Assembly: GCA_024679065.1 (NCBI GenBank)
Contig: JAGIQG010000014.1
Location: 25,420,001-25,484,000, forward strand
Origin: Sphyrna mokarran
Lineage: Eukaryota
Direction: 5' to 3'
DNA length: 64,000 nucleotides
Below the pieces are notes generated by a model, which was given only the letters and a program-made list of their open reading frames with translations, did no database searches and had not been told where the DNA came from. This document shows positions 1 through 12,500 of this stretch, one piece after another. Both the position numbers and the translations under genes were made by a program. How positions within the stretch are numbered: position 1 is the first letter of the stretch; each line of letters opens with the position of its first letter.

Positions 1-167
1 CATCCCAGATATTAAACAAGAGATAGGATCATTTACGAACAGTGCAGTATTTTCTTTGTGTCTAGGTAAGTAAAGCTGTATTCCAAATGTTTGTCCACCT
101 ACTTGTTTAGCTAGTTGGAGAGGGTAAATCTAGCTCATGCAAGGTGAAACTTTACACACTTGTGTTG

Positions 168-717
168 TAGAGTCATAGAGTCATATACAGCATGGAGACA
201 GGCCTGTCAGACCAATTTATCCATGCCACCCCTTTATTTAGCACTAAACTAGTCCCAGTTGCGCACATTTTGGCGCATATCCCTCTAAACCCATCTTACC
301 CATTCAGCTGTCTAAAAGCTTTTTAAAAGATAAATTTGTACCCATTTCTACTACTACCTCTGGTAGCTTGTTCCAGACACTCACCACCTTCTGTGTGAAA
401 AAAATTGCCACTCTGGGCCCTTTTGTATGTCCCCCTCATACCGTAAATCTTTGCCCTCTACTTTTAGTTTCCCTACCTTTGGGAAAAGATATTGACTACT
501 TAGCTGATGTATGCCCCTCATTATTTGATAGGCCTCTATAAGATCACACCTAAGCCTTCTATTCACCAGAGAAAAAAGTCCCAGTCTATCCAGCCTCTCC
601 TGACAACTCAAACCATTAAGTCCCCATAGCATCCTAGTAAATCTTTTCTTCACTCTTTCTAGTTTAATAATATCCTTTCTATAATAGGATGACCAGAACT
701 GCACACAGTATTCCAAG
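168..717 (-). mobile_element. CR1-clade LINE 3' fragment (ORF2 C-terminus plus 3' tail)
   Basis: ORF 381..785 contains LEYCVQFWSSYYRKDIIKLERVKKRFTRML...LGLFSL, typical of the CR1 RT C-terminus; (TATGACTC)-type tail near 168-185. Confidence 0.85.
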
Positions 718-751
718 TTACTAGTTTTAACAACATAAGCAAAGCTGAAGT

Positions 752-1450
752 TGGTGTTGTCGAGCAGAGGGATCTTGGGGTACAAGTACGTAGCTCTTTG
801 AAAGTTAGCACCCAGGTTGATAAAGTTGTTAAGAAGGCGTACGGTGTGTTAGCTTTTATTGGTAGAGGGATTGAATTTAGGAGCCATGAGGTTATGTTAC
901 AACTGTACAAAACTCTGGTGCGGCCGCACTTGGAGTATTGCGTACAGTTCTGGTCGCCGCATTATAAGAAAGATGTGGAAGCATTGGAAAGGGTGCAGAG
1001 GAGGTTTACCAGGATGTTGCCTGGTATGGTGGGAAGGCCTTATGAGGAAAGGCTGAGGGACCTGAGGTTATTTTCATTAGAGAGAAGAAGGTTACGCGGT
1101 GACCTAATTGAGGCGTATAAGATGATCAAGGGATTGGATAGGGTGGATAGTGAAAGCCTTTTTCCTCGGATGGTGATGACCAACACGAGGGGACATAACT
1201 TTAAATTAAGAGGTGGTAGTTATAGGACGGATGTCAGAGGCAGGTTCTTTACACAGAGGGTGGTGAGGGCGTGGAATGCCCTGCCTGCAGCAGTTGTGGA
1301 CTCGCCTACTTTGGGGGCATTCAAATGTTCGGTGGATAGGCATATGGATGATATTGGAATAGTTTAGGTTAGAGGGTCCACTGGCTGGCGCAACATCGAG
1401 GGCCGAAGGGCCTGTACTGCGCTGTAATGTTCTATGTTCTATGTTCTATG
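752..1450 (+). mobile_element. Young 5'-truncated CR1-clade LINE (RT C-terminus, 3' UTR, (ATGTTCT)n tail)
   Basis: Uninterrupted ORF 798..1367 ([19 protein letters not shown]...FFTQRVVRAWNALP); tail atgttctatgttctatgttctatg at 1427-1450. Confidence 0.92.
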
Positions 1451-2489
1451 AAGAATTGGGTCACCCACTTTACTGTTGTTCACTTTTCCTATCTCCTCAG
1501 GTCCTATAACCAAGCTGTCAAGCAAGCCCTTTCTTCTCATCCCATCTCATGCCAGGACCGACCCTTGTCTAGCTGGCTGCGAACATGCGGAATCCTTCCA
1601 TCACTCTAACGTCCACATAGCCAGATATGGAATTCTCAACTTGTGGAATCCCATTAACCAAGGTAAGCCATGTAAAAAGAAATAGTTCCCTTTTGTGTCA
1701 TTTCTTAGTTTATTATAGGGAAGAGTGAAGAGGTAATTTTGCCACAGCTAAGGCACTATGTTAATGAATCTCCTGCTGTGCACTATGTGAACACGGAGAT
1801 GTTTAACATGAATTGAGGCATTACTCACTATCAGAAAATGTATAATGGTGAACATAAAACAGGAGTCTGCTTCCAATTAACAAAAGGACTGCTGATTACA
1901 ACTGAATGGCATTCTTACATTCCACAATGGTAAATGTCACTTGTCTGACCCAGCCAGAAGTTTGATCAGTATCATATGGAGAAAACTTTCACAGGTTAAA
2001 CCTGCTGCTTTAGATATCTGATCAGAAACCACGTCTGCCGAGCTCCCCTTTATTACATCACCCCAGTCAACAGAGAATTTATTGATAAATCTCTAATTTA
2101 TCAATTAGATACATAATTGTGCACTTGGCAATTACATTCTCCAGTGTGTTTAAATAGTTATTTACTTTGTTAGCTATCTTCACTTTGGATTGTGATACAT
2201 CTGTCTATTAGTCTTCAAAATGCAGGTTAACCCCCAAAAGGCACTTCAAAAAGATCAGAAGACCATGCAATGTTTTCTCCATTGGATTCTGGTCAAACTA
2301 ACGCTTCAGTCACTCTTATTGCAGTAGAACAATTTGTACCAGACAATGTGTAATTCACACAATCCATGGGGCGCTAGACTTTATTATCTTGCAACTCAAG
2401 AATTACAACTTCCTTTGGGACACATGAGCTCGATGGTATTGTGCAATCAGTCCACACTTGACATTATTTTTTGGTTTCTGTTAAAAGCT

Positions 2490-2778
2490 TTAAAGTTTAT
2501 TTATTATTGTCATAAGTAAACTTACACTAATGCTGCAACGAAGTTACCTTGAAAATTCCCTAGACGCCACAATCCGGCAGCTGTTCGGGTACACTGAGGG
2601 AGAATTTAGCATGGCCAATGCACCTAAACCCGCATATCTTTGGACTGTGAGTGGAAACTGGAGGAAACCCAAGCAGAATAAAAAAGAATGTGCAAACTCC
2701 TTACAGACAGTAATCCAAGTCAGGATTGAACTGGCACTGGGAGGAAGCACTGCTAACAACTGTGCCACCATGACACCC
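2490..2778 (-). mobile_element. HE1/V-SINE-like tRNA-derived SINE
   Basis: Reverse complement of the gtggcacagt-gttagca head, tttgcacattc / ggtttcctcc central domain and gcattggccatgctaaatt motif. Confidence 0.8.
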
Positions 2779-3104
2779 CATTGATGTTTTCTCTCTTTTA
2801 TAACATTAGAATGAATTTCATACTCCTTGAAAATTACCAATATTTTATTAGTACTTGAATTATACAATACGATCCATTTAAACTTTACATGAACTCCAGT
2901 GAAGAAAATACAGCTAACAGACTTCTGACTTAGCAGAATCATATGTTCTACAGGCATTGGATCTTATACCCAAGCTGTCAGAAGTTGCAGTGTTATTTCT
3001 ATTTTAGCAGCTCTTCCTGAGAAAGGATATTTCTCTTCAAAGACATTTTGCTACAGCTGCACAACTGTAGTACATGAGTTATTCATGTAAGGTGATTAGT
3101 TTTG

Positions 3105-3842
3105 ACAGGAAAATGTGGAGAGACAGTATAAAAGAAACTCCAAAGGAGGCGCAGGTACAGAGGAACCTCAATGTATATGTACATACATCATTGAAGATAA
3201 CAGGGCATGTTATCAATTAATAGCAATTAATAAATATGGTGTCTAAGGCTTTAATAATAGAGGCATTGAGTACAAGAGTAAGGGAGCCATATTGAATGTA
3301 TATAAGACACTAGTTAGACCTCATCTGGAGTACCGTGTCCAGTTCTGAGCACAATACTTGAGAAAGGATGTGAAAGTATTGTTGGAGAGAGAAGATTCAT
3401 AAGAGTGATTCCACGGTTAAATAACTGTAGCTATTTGGAGAGTTTGGGTCTGTTTTCCTTGGAGAAGAAAAGACTTGATATTGGTATTCAAGATCCTGAG
3501 GAGCATAAATAGGGTAACTAATGAGAAGCTGTTCCTTCTCAGGAGCACATCAAGAACTAGCAGACACAGATTCAAAACAACCTGCAAAAGGAGTAGTGAT
3601 GTGAGGAAAAATGTTTTCGCCCAGGGGATGGTTCGAATGAACTTCCTAAGAGGGTGGTAAAGGCAGATTTGATTAAAGAATTCAGAAAGAATTGAATTGA
3701 TATCTGAAAAGAAAGAATATGCAAGGTTATGGAAGTAAGACATGGGTGTGGGACTGGGTAGAATGCTGTTTTAGAGAGCCAGTGCAGGCTCAATGCAGTG
3801 CAATCTCCTTCTGTACTGCCAAGATTTTGTCATCCTATGATT
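3105..3842 (+). mobile_element. Degenerate CR1 LINE 3' fragment
   Basis: Decayed [15 protein letters not shown] motif at ~3300-3345 with stops and frameshifts; CR1-like 3' tail. Confidence 0.75.
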
Positions 3843-4841
3843 TGTGTGCATACTAGATATGTGACTTAAAGTATTACGAAGAAAATTCTAGAGCAGTAAC
3901 CTACATATTTTAGTCAAGAAACAACACTAAACTGGACTTAACGTTGTCCAATTATACGATACACCAGCAATCGCAATAGAACCACATTCTCCTGTGATCT
4001 CTCAAAGGTAGAGATTAAGACTTTGCTAAACTGACTTATGCAGGTTAAACCTATTGGTCGAAGATCTTGGCAGGCTGAATAATGCATAGATGTTTTACCG
4101 GGATAGAAGACAAAAAATATAATCAACCCATAAGGTTTAAAAGATAACATCCTTACAGATGAAAGTGCCTTTTTAAAGTTCTTCCTGATGCACTCTTGCC
4201 TGTGAATGTAACAGATTTCCCAGTAATAATTATGGAGTTCTGAACTATAATACAAGCAACTTGACAGATTTTTGCCAAGAGACTTCTTTGGTATTGCAGC
4301 TACGTCCTTGAAATCAACAAAGAAGCTGAGAGTACGTCAGAAGATAAATTCCTTGAAGTGAGGAGCCGGCTATAGATTCACGCAGCATGGGAGCATAGAT
4401 TATAAAATTGGTCCAGCTGAGTTAAGTACCTATTGCAAACCATGGTCCCATTGAATTAAGTTCTCTAGTTGTTAGATGGGTGTTATGTATTACAATTGTC
4501 CAGTGAACAATTTACTTCAGCAATCAAAATAATTTACTTGCCAATGTTGTCTTTTAACCTGGATACATTAACATTTCTGATATCTAACATAGCTCAACTG
4601 CTTCATTATTCCAGGACACATCGCTATATGTTGATAAATCAAATCACTCTGAAAAATAGTCATGAAGATTTAAAAGATTACCCTCTCTGCCCTGCCCCAG
4701 CAGCATGGTTTCCAGTGGCAGAGGTGGTTCACCATTGGCCACCGGCGGAATCTTCCAGTCCCACCGATGTCTACGGCATTTTTGTGTGGCTCACTGCCAG
4801 AAGATCCCGCTGGCAGGAACAGCCAGAAAGTTCAACCCATT

Positions 4842-4973
4842 GGCCGGAATTCTATCAGCCCGCCCGCAAGCCCTGGGAATCAGAGCGGGTGAGGGGGAGG
4901 ACAATGGGAAGGTCCATCAATCTTGGGCAAAATGTTATGGTTTTGGGATGAGCGAGGCCATAAAATTGCGCCC
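4842..4973. mobile_element. ~130-bp MITE with GGCCGGAATTTTA-type terminal inverted repeats
   Basis: Ends ggccggaattctat...ataaaattgcgccc; shares internal ggacaatgggaaggtccat with the copy at 54659-54783. Confidence 0.65.
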
Positions 4974-6058
4974 ATCGACTCTGTTCCTCTCTCCATTGAT
5001 GCTGCCAAACCTGTTGCATTATGCCAGGATTTTCTGTTTTCGTTTCAGCATAGATCAAACACGTTTTTACTAACTTCTGTGCAGTAAAATGCTGAGACCC
5101 TCTAATCCCAAAGTAAAATTCAAAATCTTTCAGCTGTAAAACTCCAGACAGAAGATCCCCACTATGGAATGTTACACATTTGAATTCTAATGTTGTTGAA
5201 ACCAGAAAATCACCTGCATCAAATGCATAGTGAGTGCCTTACTCATTTCGGACTATCCTCTTCTGTAAATGCGACAATGTACATAAAGTGCATGGGAAGT
5301 GCTGAGAGACATGATAAGAAGCCACGTGAAAGCAAAGCTTTTTCTCGAGGACGGACGTCACCACATGTGCTACATGTAGATGGCAGATGCTGAGTCACGG
5401 ACACGCTATACAGTGTTTAGTGGAGTCACAGATTCTTGTAAGTACTCAGCTATTTCTTGTCAAGTGCTGTTGCAATCTGTGGAAAAATAAAGTGGAAACA
5501 CACAGTAATTAATACTTTATGCAGAGAGGCGCTGTTCCCCAGCCGTAGAAACTAAGCGAAACCCAACACTGCTCTGATGTTTCCAATGTTATCGTGTGAA
5601 GATGCAATGAATTACTGAAGCTTTTCTGAATATTTTCCAAATGCTGAATAAAAGTGAAGCCGAGTTAAAAAAAAATTTTTTGGCAGCTCCGACTGAAAAT
5701 GCAATAACATGTCAGTTGTTTAGATTTATTTATAATCCTTCCCCCATTTCCATTGCCTCGTACGCCCGGCTATTTTTTGATTGACTGTCGACAGAACGAG
5801 CGTTTTCTTCTGCGCTTGAGCTTCGCATCTGAACTAAGCTGTCAAAAGTGTCAGGAGTATGCCATTGCTCCCACACGTAGCAAGCAGCCTTATTTTCTTT
5901 TGCTCATTTGCAAGATTGGAGTGCCATCTCCAGATAGTCGCAGGAAATTTGATCCAACTTCAGACTTCACGATCTCTACACGATAAGGACAACTCCTCTC
6001 CATCTGTCCTGATCCTAGATTGGATGAGAAGTTGGAGAACGTGAGTGAGACAGTGGTT

Positions 6059-6230
6059 GGGGGGGGGAGGGGGAGGTTGGCGGAGAGGGAGAGGGGAGGA
6101 ATGGTGCAGGCAAGGGGAGGGGGGGTGATTGAGGGGTCAGGAGGGTGGTGGAGGTGGGGAAGAAATGATGCTTCAACACACTCATGTCAAATACCAAACC
6201 TCTGAGTAGACTTTGATTGCCTCTATATAT
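6059..6230 (+). promoter_or_regulatory. CYP26 proximal promoter: G-rich tract, candidate DR5 RARE and TATA-like box
   Basis: Purine/G-run tract 6059-6160; GGGTGA-ttgag-GGGTCA at 6123-6139; TATATAT at 6224-6230 (alternative TATAAA at 6300-6305); ATG at 6390. Confidence 0.5.
6123..6139 (+). promoter_or_regulatory. Candidate DR5 retinoic acid response element
   Basis: Two RGKTSA half-sites (GGGTGA, GGGTCA) spaced by exactly 5 nt, ~250 bp upstream of the CYP26 ATG. Confidence 0.5.
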
Positions 6231-6389
6231 GCAGATTATTTCTTGGTTCCACTTCAGATTTCACTTCCCTGTGATGCAGGATTGCTCGACTCTGAAATCT
6301 ATAAATTGGGTGTCTAATTTTGTCAGCACAATAGAGTACAGATCTATTGCGCTCATTGATTTTTTTTTGTTTTGTTGAAACGTTTGGAA

Positions 6390-6587
6390 ATGGTCTTGAT
6401 GATGGTGTTGCCATTGCTGATCAGCCTTTTTACTGTCTTAGTCCCTATCATCCTTCTCGTAACTGCTTGCATCTATCTCTGGCAGCTTCGATGGAATCTA
6501 AAGGTGGACAAGAACTGGAAGCTCCCCTTGCCTCCGGGCTCCATGGGGCTTCCAATTGTTGGTGAAACGTTCCACTGGCTCCTGCAG
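6390..6587 (+). CDS. CYP26: CYP26 exon 1 (membrane anchor, proline-rich hinge)
   Basis: [10 protein letters not shown]...LWQLRW...[22 protein letters not shown], donor cag|gtatg; the start ATG could be one of three nearby in-frame ATGs. Confidence 0.9.
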
Positions 6588-9500
6588 GTATGTCTGCTTT
6601 CTTATTACATCGAGTCATATTTGAGGCATAGGGGAGAAAAATAAAGCAGGTGTTGGCTGAGGTGAGTATTTGGTCCTTTTAATTTATTTTCTGTCTTCTT
6701 TTTATAGTTCAAATTGTATCCCAATTTGTGCTAATGCTGCTGTTAGTGGTAAGGCCCTGGCGGACTTAGTGTTCTACCTTCACTCTTCCCCCATGAGCAA
6801 AAGCCTTAAAGTGAACAGTTCAATGCACATAGGGCTTGCGACACCCTGGGGAGCACCCCTGCCCCTGAACCAAGAAGCTCCCAAGTTCGAGTCCCATCCT
6901 AGGTATTTGATGACCAAGGAAGGTGCATTCATAGTGCAGCCAAACAGGTTGAGGGGCAACCTGCACATCTTTTCAAACGTGTCAATGGATGGTAGTAAGA
7001 ACAGGAGAGATTCCTGGTCAGCCACGCTTGGTGCTGGGTAGTGCTCTCCATAAGCCGCAGATGAACAACTAGGAATTACTAGCTATAATATTCTGCCTTA
7101 GTGCACCGCTTGATGTGGGTAGAGAATTGGAATTCAATGCAAAATAACAATTTACAGCTTTTACGTATTCCAGTGTCAGATGTTATGAACACGTGGAAAG
7201 AAGGACTTACATTTGTGTAGTCCCTTTCACACCCTCAGAACACCCCAAAGCACTTAGCTGCATTGAAGCATTTTTGAAACAATGGTCACTGTTATGAATG
7301 TAGGAAACACAGCAGCCAATTTGCACATAGCAAAGTAACAACAACAGCACTGAAATAACAAGCAGACCCCCCATTGTAGTAAAAATAAATTACTGCAGAT
7401 TTGGAATCTGGAACCAAAAGAACAAGAATGCTGGAAAATCTCGGCAGGTCTGGCAGCATCTGTAAGACGAGAAAGAGTTTCAAGTCCAGATGATTCTTTG
7501 TTAAGGCTGAGGATCTATTGTAGTGATGTGGATAAGAATTGGCAGAACGTCAAGATGAACACCCCAATCCTCATTGAAACAGTGCCATGCAATTTTTTAT
7601 GTCTGCCAAAAGATGCCTTGGCTTAAATTCATGCCTGAAAGGCAGCACTGTTGAACGCAGCACTCCTTTTGTGCTGCAGCACTCCTTTGCTGCTACACTG
7701 GACTGTCAACCTCGATGGCCTTAAGCTCATATCTCTGGAGTGGGACTTGAACACCCAACCTTCTGATTCAGAGATGGGAGTGTTAGCCATGAGCAGCAGC
7801 TGACATACTGTTTATTCTAATCCAGTACCGCATAGTTCAGTTTCATCTTATATGTCAAACACTGTATAAATGAAGAGTAACAATCCATTCATCTGGTGTA
7901 GTACAGCTTATGTGTGTGTTTCACTAACTCCGAGACACACACTGATTGTGAACGAGCTTGCATAGTGATGTGCTTGTCAGGGTTAGGCACTACAGAAATG
8001 GACTATTAACAAGCTGCATTTATCAGGTTAGCGCCTGGTATGTTGAATGTATCAGGATGAGCGCAGAAAGAAAATCAAAGTGTGAGATGGATGCATTTGG
8101 TCAATTGTCATCTAGAAAAGCTCAGCTAATGCTTTGCTAATCAAAGTTAAAAGAAGGGTGGGAAACGAGGGACGCATAGCAAGTATTTAGAAATACAAGC
8201 TAATGTCACAAAGTATTTAATATTCTATAGCGAATGCCAACACCAGAACAAAACACAGAAATCATGATGAGATGAGGAACAGAACAGTTTCAAAAATTGC
8301 AGTCAGTCTGGAAGCTATTATGCAATGTTTTTGCTTCGATAAATTTTTTATAAAAAACATCTTTGAATTCCTTAAATAAAACAACATGTTCCTGTGACTT
8401 CTGTCCAATCGTTTTAAAGGAAGCAACTTCTAAATTAAAATTAATGGATGAAGATATCTGTTAAAATAGCAAATGTGTGAGCATGTTAAAGATTGATACG
8501 TTAACACGATGGGAAAGGCAGGATGTGGAGATGCTGGTATTGGACTGGAGCAGGCATGATAAGAAGTCCCACAGCACTAGGTTGGAGTCCAACAGGTTTA
8601 TTTGAAATCATGAGCTTTCGGAACAATGCACTCATTTGAAGAAGGAGCAGCACTCTGAAAGCTCATAATTTCAAATAAACCTGTTGGACTTCAACCTGGT
8701 GTTGAAATTTCTTATGATGGACAGACACATTTAGCCTTCAACTTTCTAGAATCCAGGGAGCAGGAGAAAAGCAGTGTTTTCCTGATTGCAATATACAAGG
8801 TCAGATTTTGTTATTAATATGCTGAATGTAAAGACCACGGTGAATAGAGGAAGATGATATTGGAGAGAAACATATATGGTAACAGTACCTCTTCAATTTT
8901 CAGTCCAATGCTTTGTCTTTTAAAAACATAAACACACTAGATTGTTCAGGTGTCTTTGGAGGATCCAAGTTTGTATACCTTCTTTCCCACTCCTTGTATC
9001 ACTATATCTTCCTTCTCTTTTTCTCTCTCTTTATCATATCAATTTTTCTATTTAAAACTCAAGGGTCTCAATGATCAAATGTATTTCATCATATTCTTAC
9101 AAATCTACTGACATAGATGCAAATGTCCTGTATAGTGTTGTTAGAAGTGACCACCTCAAAATCCTTGTGGAGATGAAATCTCATTTTCACATTGAGAACA
9201 CACTGCATTGTCTCATCTTATATTATCATTGTGCTAACTGGGATAGATTCAGAACAGAACTAGCAGCTCAAACTGGGCATCCACAAGGTGCAACATAACA
9301 TCAGCAGAACTGTGTTTGATCACATTCTCTAGCCTGCTGTATCCATCACACTACCAATACCATCAAGCCATGGGACAAGCTCTGGTTCAGTGAAGGGTTT
9401 GGGAGGGAATGCCAGGAGTAACATCAGGCATACCTAAAATTAGGTGCCCAACTGGTGAAGCTGTAACATAGACTACATGCATGCTAAATCTTTAAAGCAG

Positions 9501-12500
9501 TGTACAATCGACAGAGAAAAATAATTCCAATGGATCAGATCAGAGCTCTGGAATCTGGTCATGAATGGTGGTGCACATTTAAGCAACTGATAGGAAGAAC
9601 AAGAGGATGAGAGAGCCCAATACATGAATGCACATGACAAGACTGAAGTATTTGGAGCCATCTTCATTTGGTAATGCCAAGTGGATGATCTATCTCAGCC
9701 CCCCATTGAAGTCCCCAGCATCATAGATGCAAATCATCAGCCAGTTCAACTTACTCCGTGTGATATCAAGAAATCATAGAATCCCTACAATGCAGACGAA
9801 GCCATTTGGCTCATCAAATCTGACAATGCAAGGGTTTCCTTCAGGTGCTTTGGTTTCCTCCCTTAGTCCAATGATGTGCAGGTTACATATATGGGTCATA
9901 CTAAGTTGCCCCTTAGTATGCCAAGATGTAAGGTCTTACCCCTGGGTAAGATGGTCTTTTAGAGAGTCTTTTGTAAACTTGATGTGCTTAATAGCGTTCT
10001 TCTGCGCTGTAGGGATTCTATGCTCATAATATGGTTTAACATAAACATTATCAATGCCATCCAGGACAAAACAGCCTGCCTAACAGGCACCCATTTACCA
10101 TTTTCAACATTCACTCCCAATAAGCTCAATGCAGAGTGACAGTAATTTGTATAAAAGATACAGTGATGCAACTCCCCAAGGTTCTTCCAACAGCACACCT
10201 CAAAACTACCTCAATGGAGAAGGAAAGCAGATATTTGGAACACTACCACCTGAAAGTTTCTATTCTAGCCACTCAGCATCCTAATTTGGAGCTATATACC
10301 TCCATTCCTTCACTGTTGCTGAGTCAAAATTCTGCAGCTCTCTCCATAAGAGCACTGTGGGTGTGCCTTCAGCACAGGGACTGCAGCAATTCAAGAAAGC
10401 ATCTTCTCAAGAGCAGTTAGGGATGGGTAATAAATGCAGGCCTTGCAAACGATGCCCACGTCCTATGAACAAATGAACAAATACCATTTTGGATGCTACA
10501 TTTGTTAAATAAAAGAAGTGGAAATTTACCAGTTGGAAAGAAGTAAAAACTATCTTCACTGTGTACAGTTTTTAATTATACAGTGTGTAAACTTTCTTCT
10601 ACTCCTTACAGGGTTCCAATTTCCATGCTTCCAGAAGGAGGCAACATGGTAACGTGTTCAAGACACACTTGCTGGGGCGGCCATTGATACGTGTCACTGG
10701 TGCGGAACACGTGCGCCGGCTACTGCTGGAGGAACACAATTTGGTTGGTACCAACTGGCCACAGAGTGCCCAAGCCATCCTGGGGTCTACCAGCCTGGCA
10801 AACTCCATGGGGGACATCCACTATCACAAAAGAAAGGTACCTATTCCACTAACAAACTTCAAACCGCTACCTGTTCCTCTCAGAAAAGGCAATCAATTTC
10901 AAGACAAATATGCAAGCAGTGATTTTGTGGATAATGATGTTCAAATGCCAGATTCATTGAAACATACTTACTCTGTACTTGAACCAAGTAATTTGCAGTC
11001 CGATCTGTGTCTGCTTCTCTGTATTTACACTTCTTCCAAGTTAAATGAGGTTCATCAAAAGGCTATGTTATCAACTCATTCTACAACATTTTATCCCGTA
11101 CCACTCACCAGGATGTCATTAACCTGAGGTAGCGGCATAAACTGTAGCAATCAGCAGTTCTCTTGCTCAAGGCTAGAAAGTAGTAAGACATCAAGCTATC
11201 CCTAATTAAGGGGAGGATTACACATCCATTGGTATTTATATGCTAAAACAGGCTCTGTGCTTTGGTAAATGCTGTTGGCAAAATTTCAGTGTAAATATTC
11301 TAAATATAGACATCACAGCTCCGCTTCTATTCGTTGAAGGGGCCGCTCTTCAATTTCTGGTTGCACTTCAGTCCCATTTTCGCATTGGTGAACCTGGTGA
11401 CAGAGGATTGGGCAGGGAGGTTAGGAGACCTCTTGGTGGGACTAATCCTGGACCAGGTCAAAGTGGCCATTAACAGCAGATTGTCAAGTCTGTCTTTGTG
11501 GCTCTGTCCAGGCTCAAATATCCTGGAAGAGGGAGCACATGATGTCCATGAGTGTACTTTAGGTTTTCGATGACCTGTGCCACCAGGAGTACATTATCAA
11601 CACCAGGAACGTGATTTTCATTTGATTTGTTAAGTTCCCTTTCAGGCTTTGTGTTTCTGTTATAATGGGTTAGTGGTGCCCCTTTTCAAACCTGGTCTTG
11701 TCTTAGCTAACAACCACTAAATTATTTGAAAAGACTAACAAATAAAGTCTTTCTCAACTTGTCCATTGCATTTTCAGATATTCTCTGCACAACTTCTTCT
11801 AGAATCATAGAACCCTTACAGTACAGAAGGAGGCTATTCAGCCCATCGAGTCTGCACCGATCACTATCCTACCCAGGCCCTATCCCCATAACCCCATGCA
11901 CTTATTCTAGCTAATTCCTTTGACATTAAGGGGCAATTTAGCATGGCCACCTAACCCACACATCTTTGGACTGTGGGGGGGAAACTGGACCACTTGGGGG
12001 AAACCCACACAGACATGGGCCAAATGTGCAGACTACAGACTGTGACCCAAGCCAGGGATCGAACTCAGGTCCTGACGCTGTGAGGTAGCAGTGCTAACCA
12101 CCATGCCACCTCATCTGTTAACATATCTGAGTAAAAACATTTTCAACATTTTACCAGCTACCATTCCATTCATAATTTGTTACAGCGATACCAGTTCTCC
12201 AAATATAAATGCAGAATCTGACAGACATGATCCTCAGTTTTGCGATTATGAAAATCTCAGCTCTTTCTGTGACCTATGTTAGAGTAGCAGAAGCAGTGGC
12301 CAGGATCTTCTGACTCCTGTCGTGGAGGGACCCACCCACCGCAGGGGGATTCAGTAGCCCAGCCAAACGCCCATTGGTTTTCAACAGGACTGGCTGACTG
12401 AATGGTTCACTGGGTCAGAAAATCCTGACCTGTGTTACAATTAGCATTAACACCAATCCATTGCTGAAAGGTGTATGGAGGTCAGGGTGAAGACAGAATT

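Noticed and set aside
12479-12490. AGGTCA-GGGTGA (DR0) in CYP26 intron 2
   Set aside because: Isolated short match expected by chance in 64 kb; no conservation evidence available.
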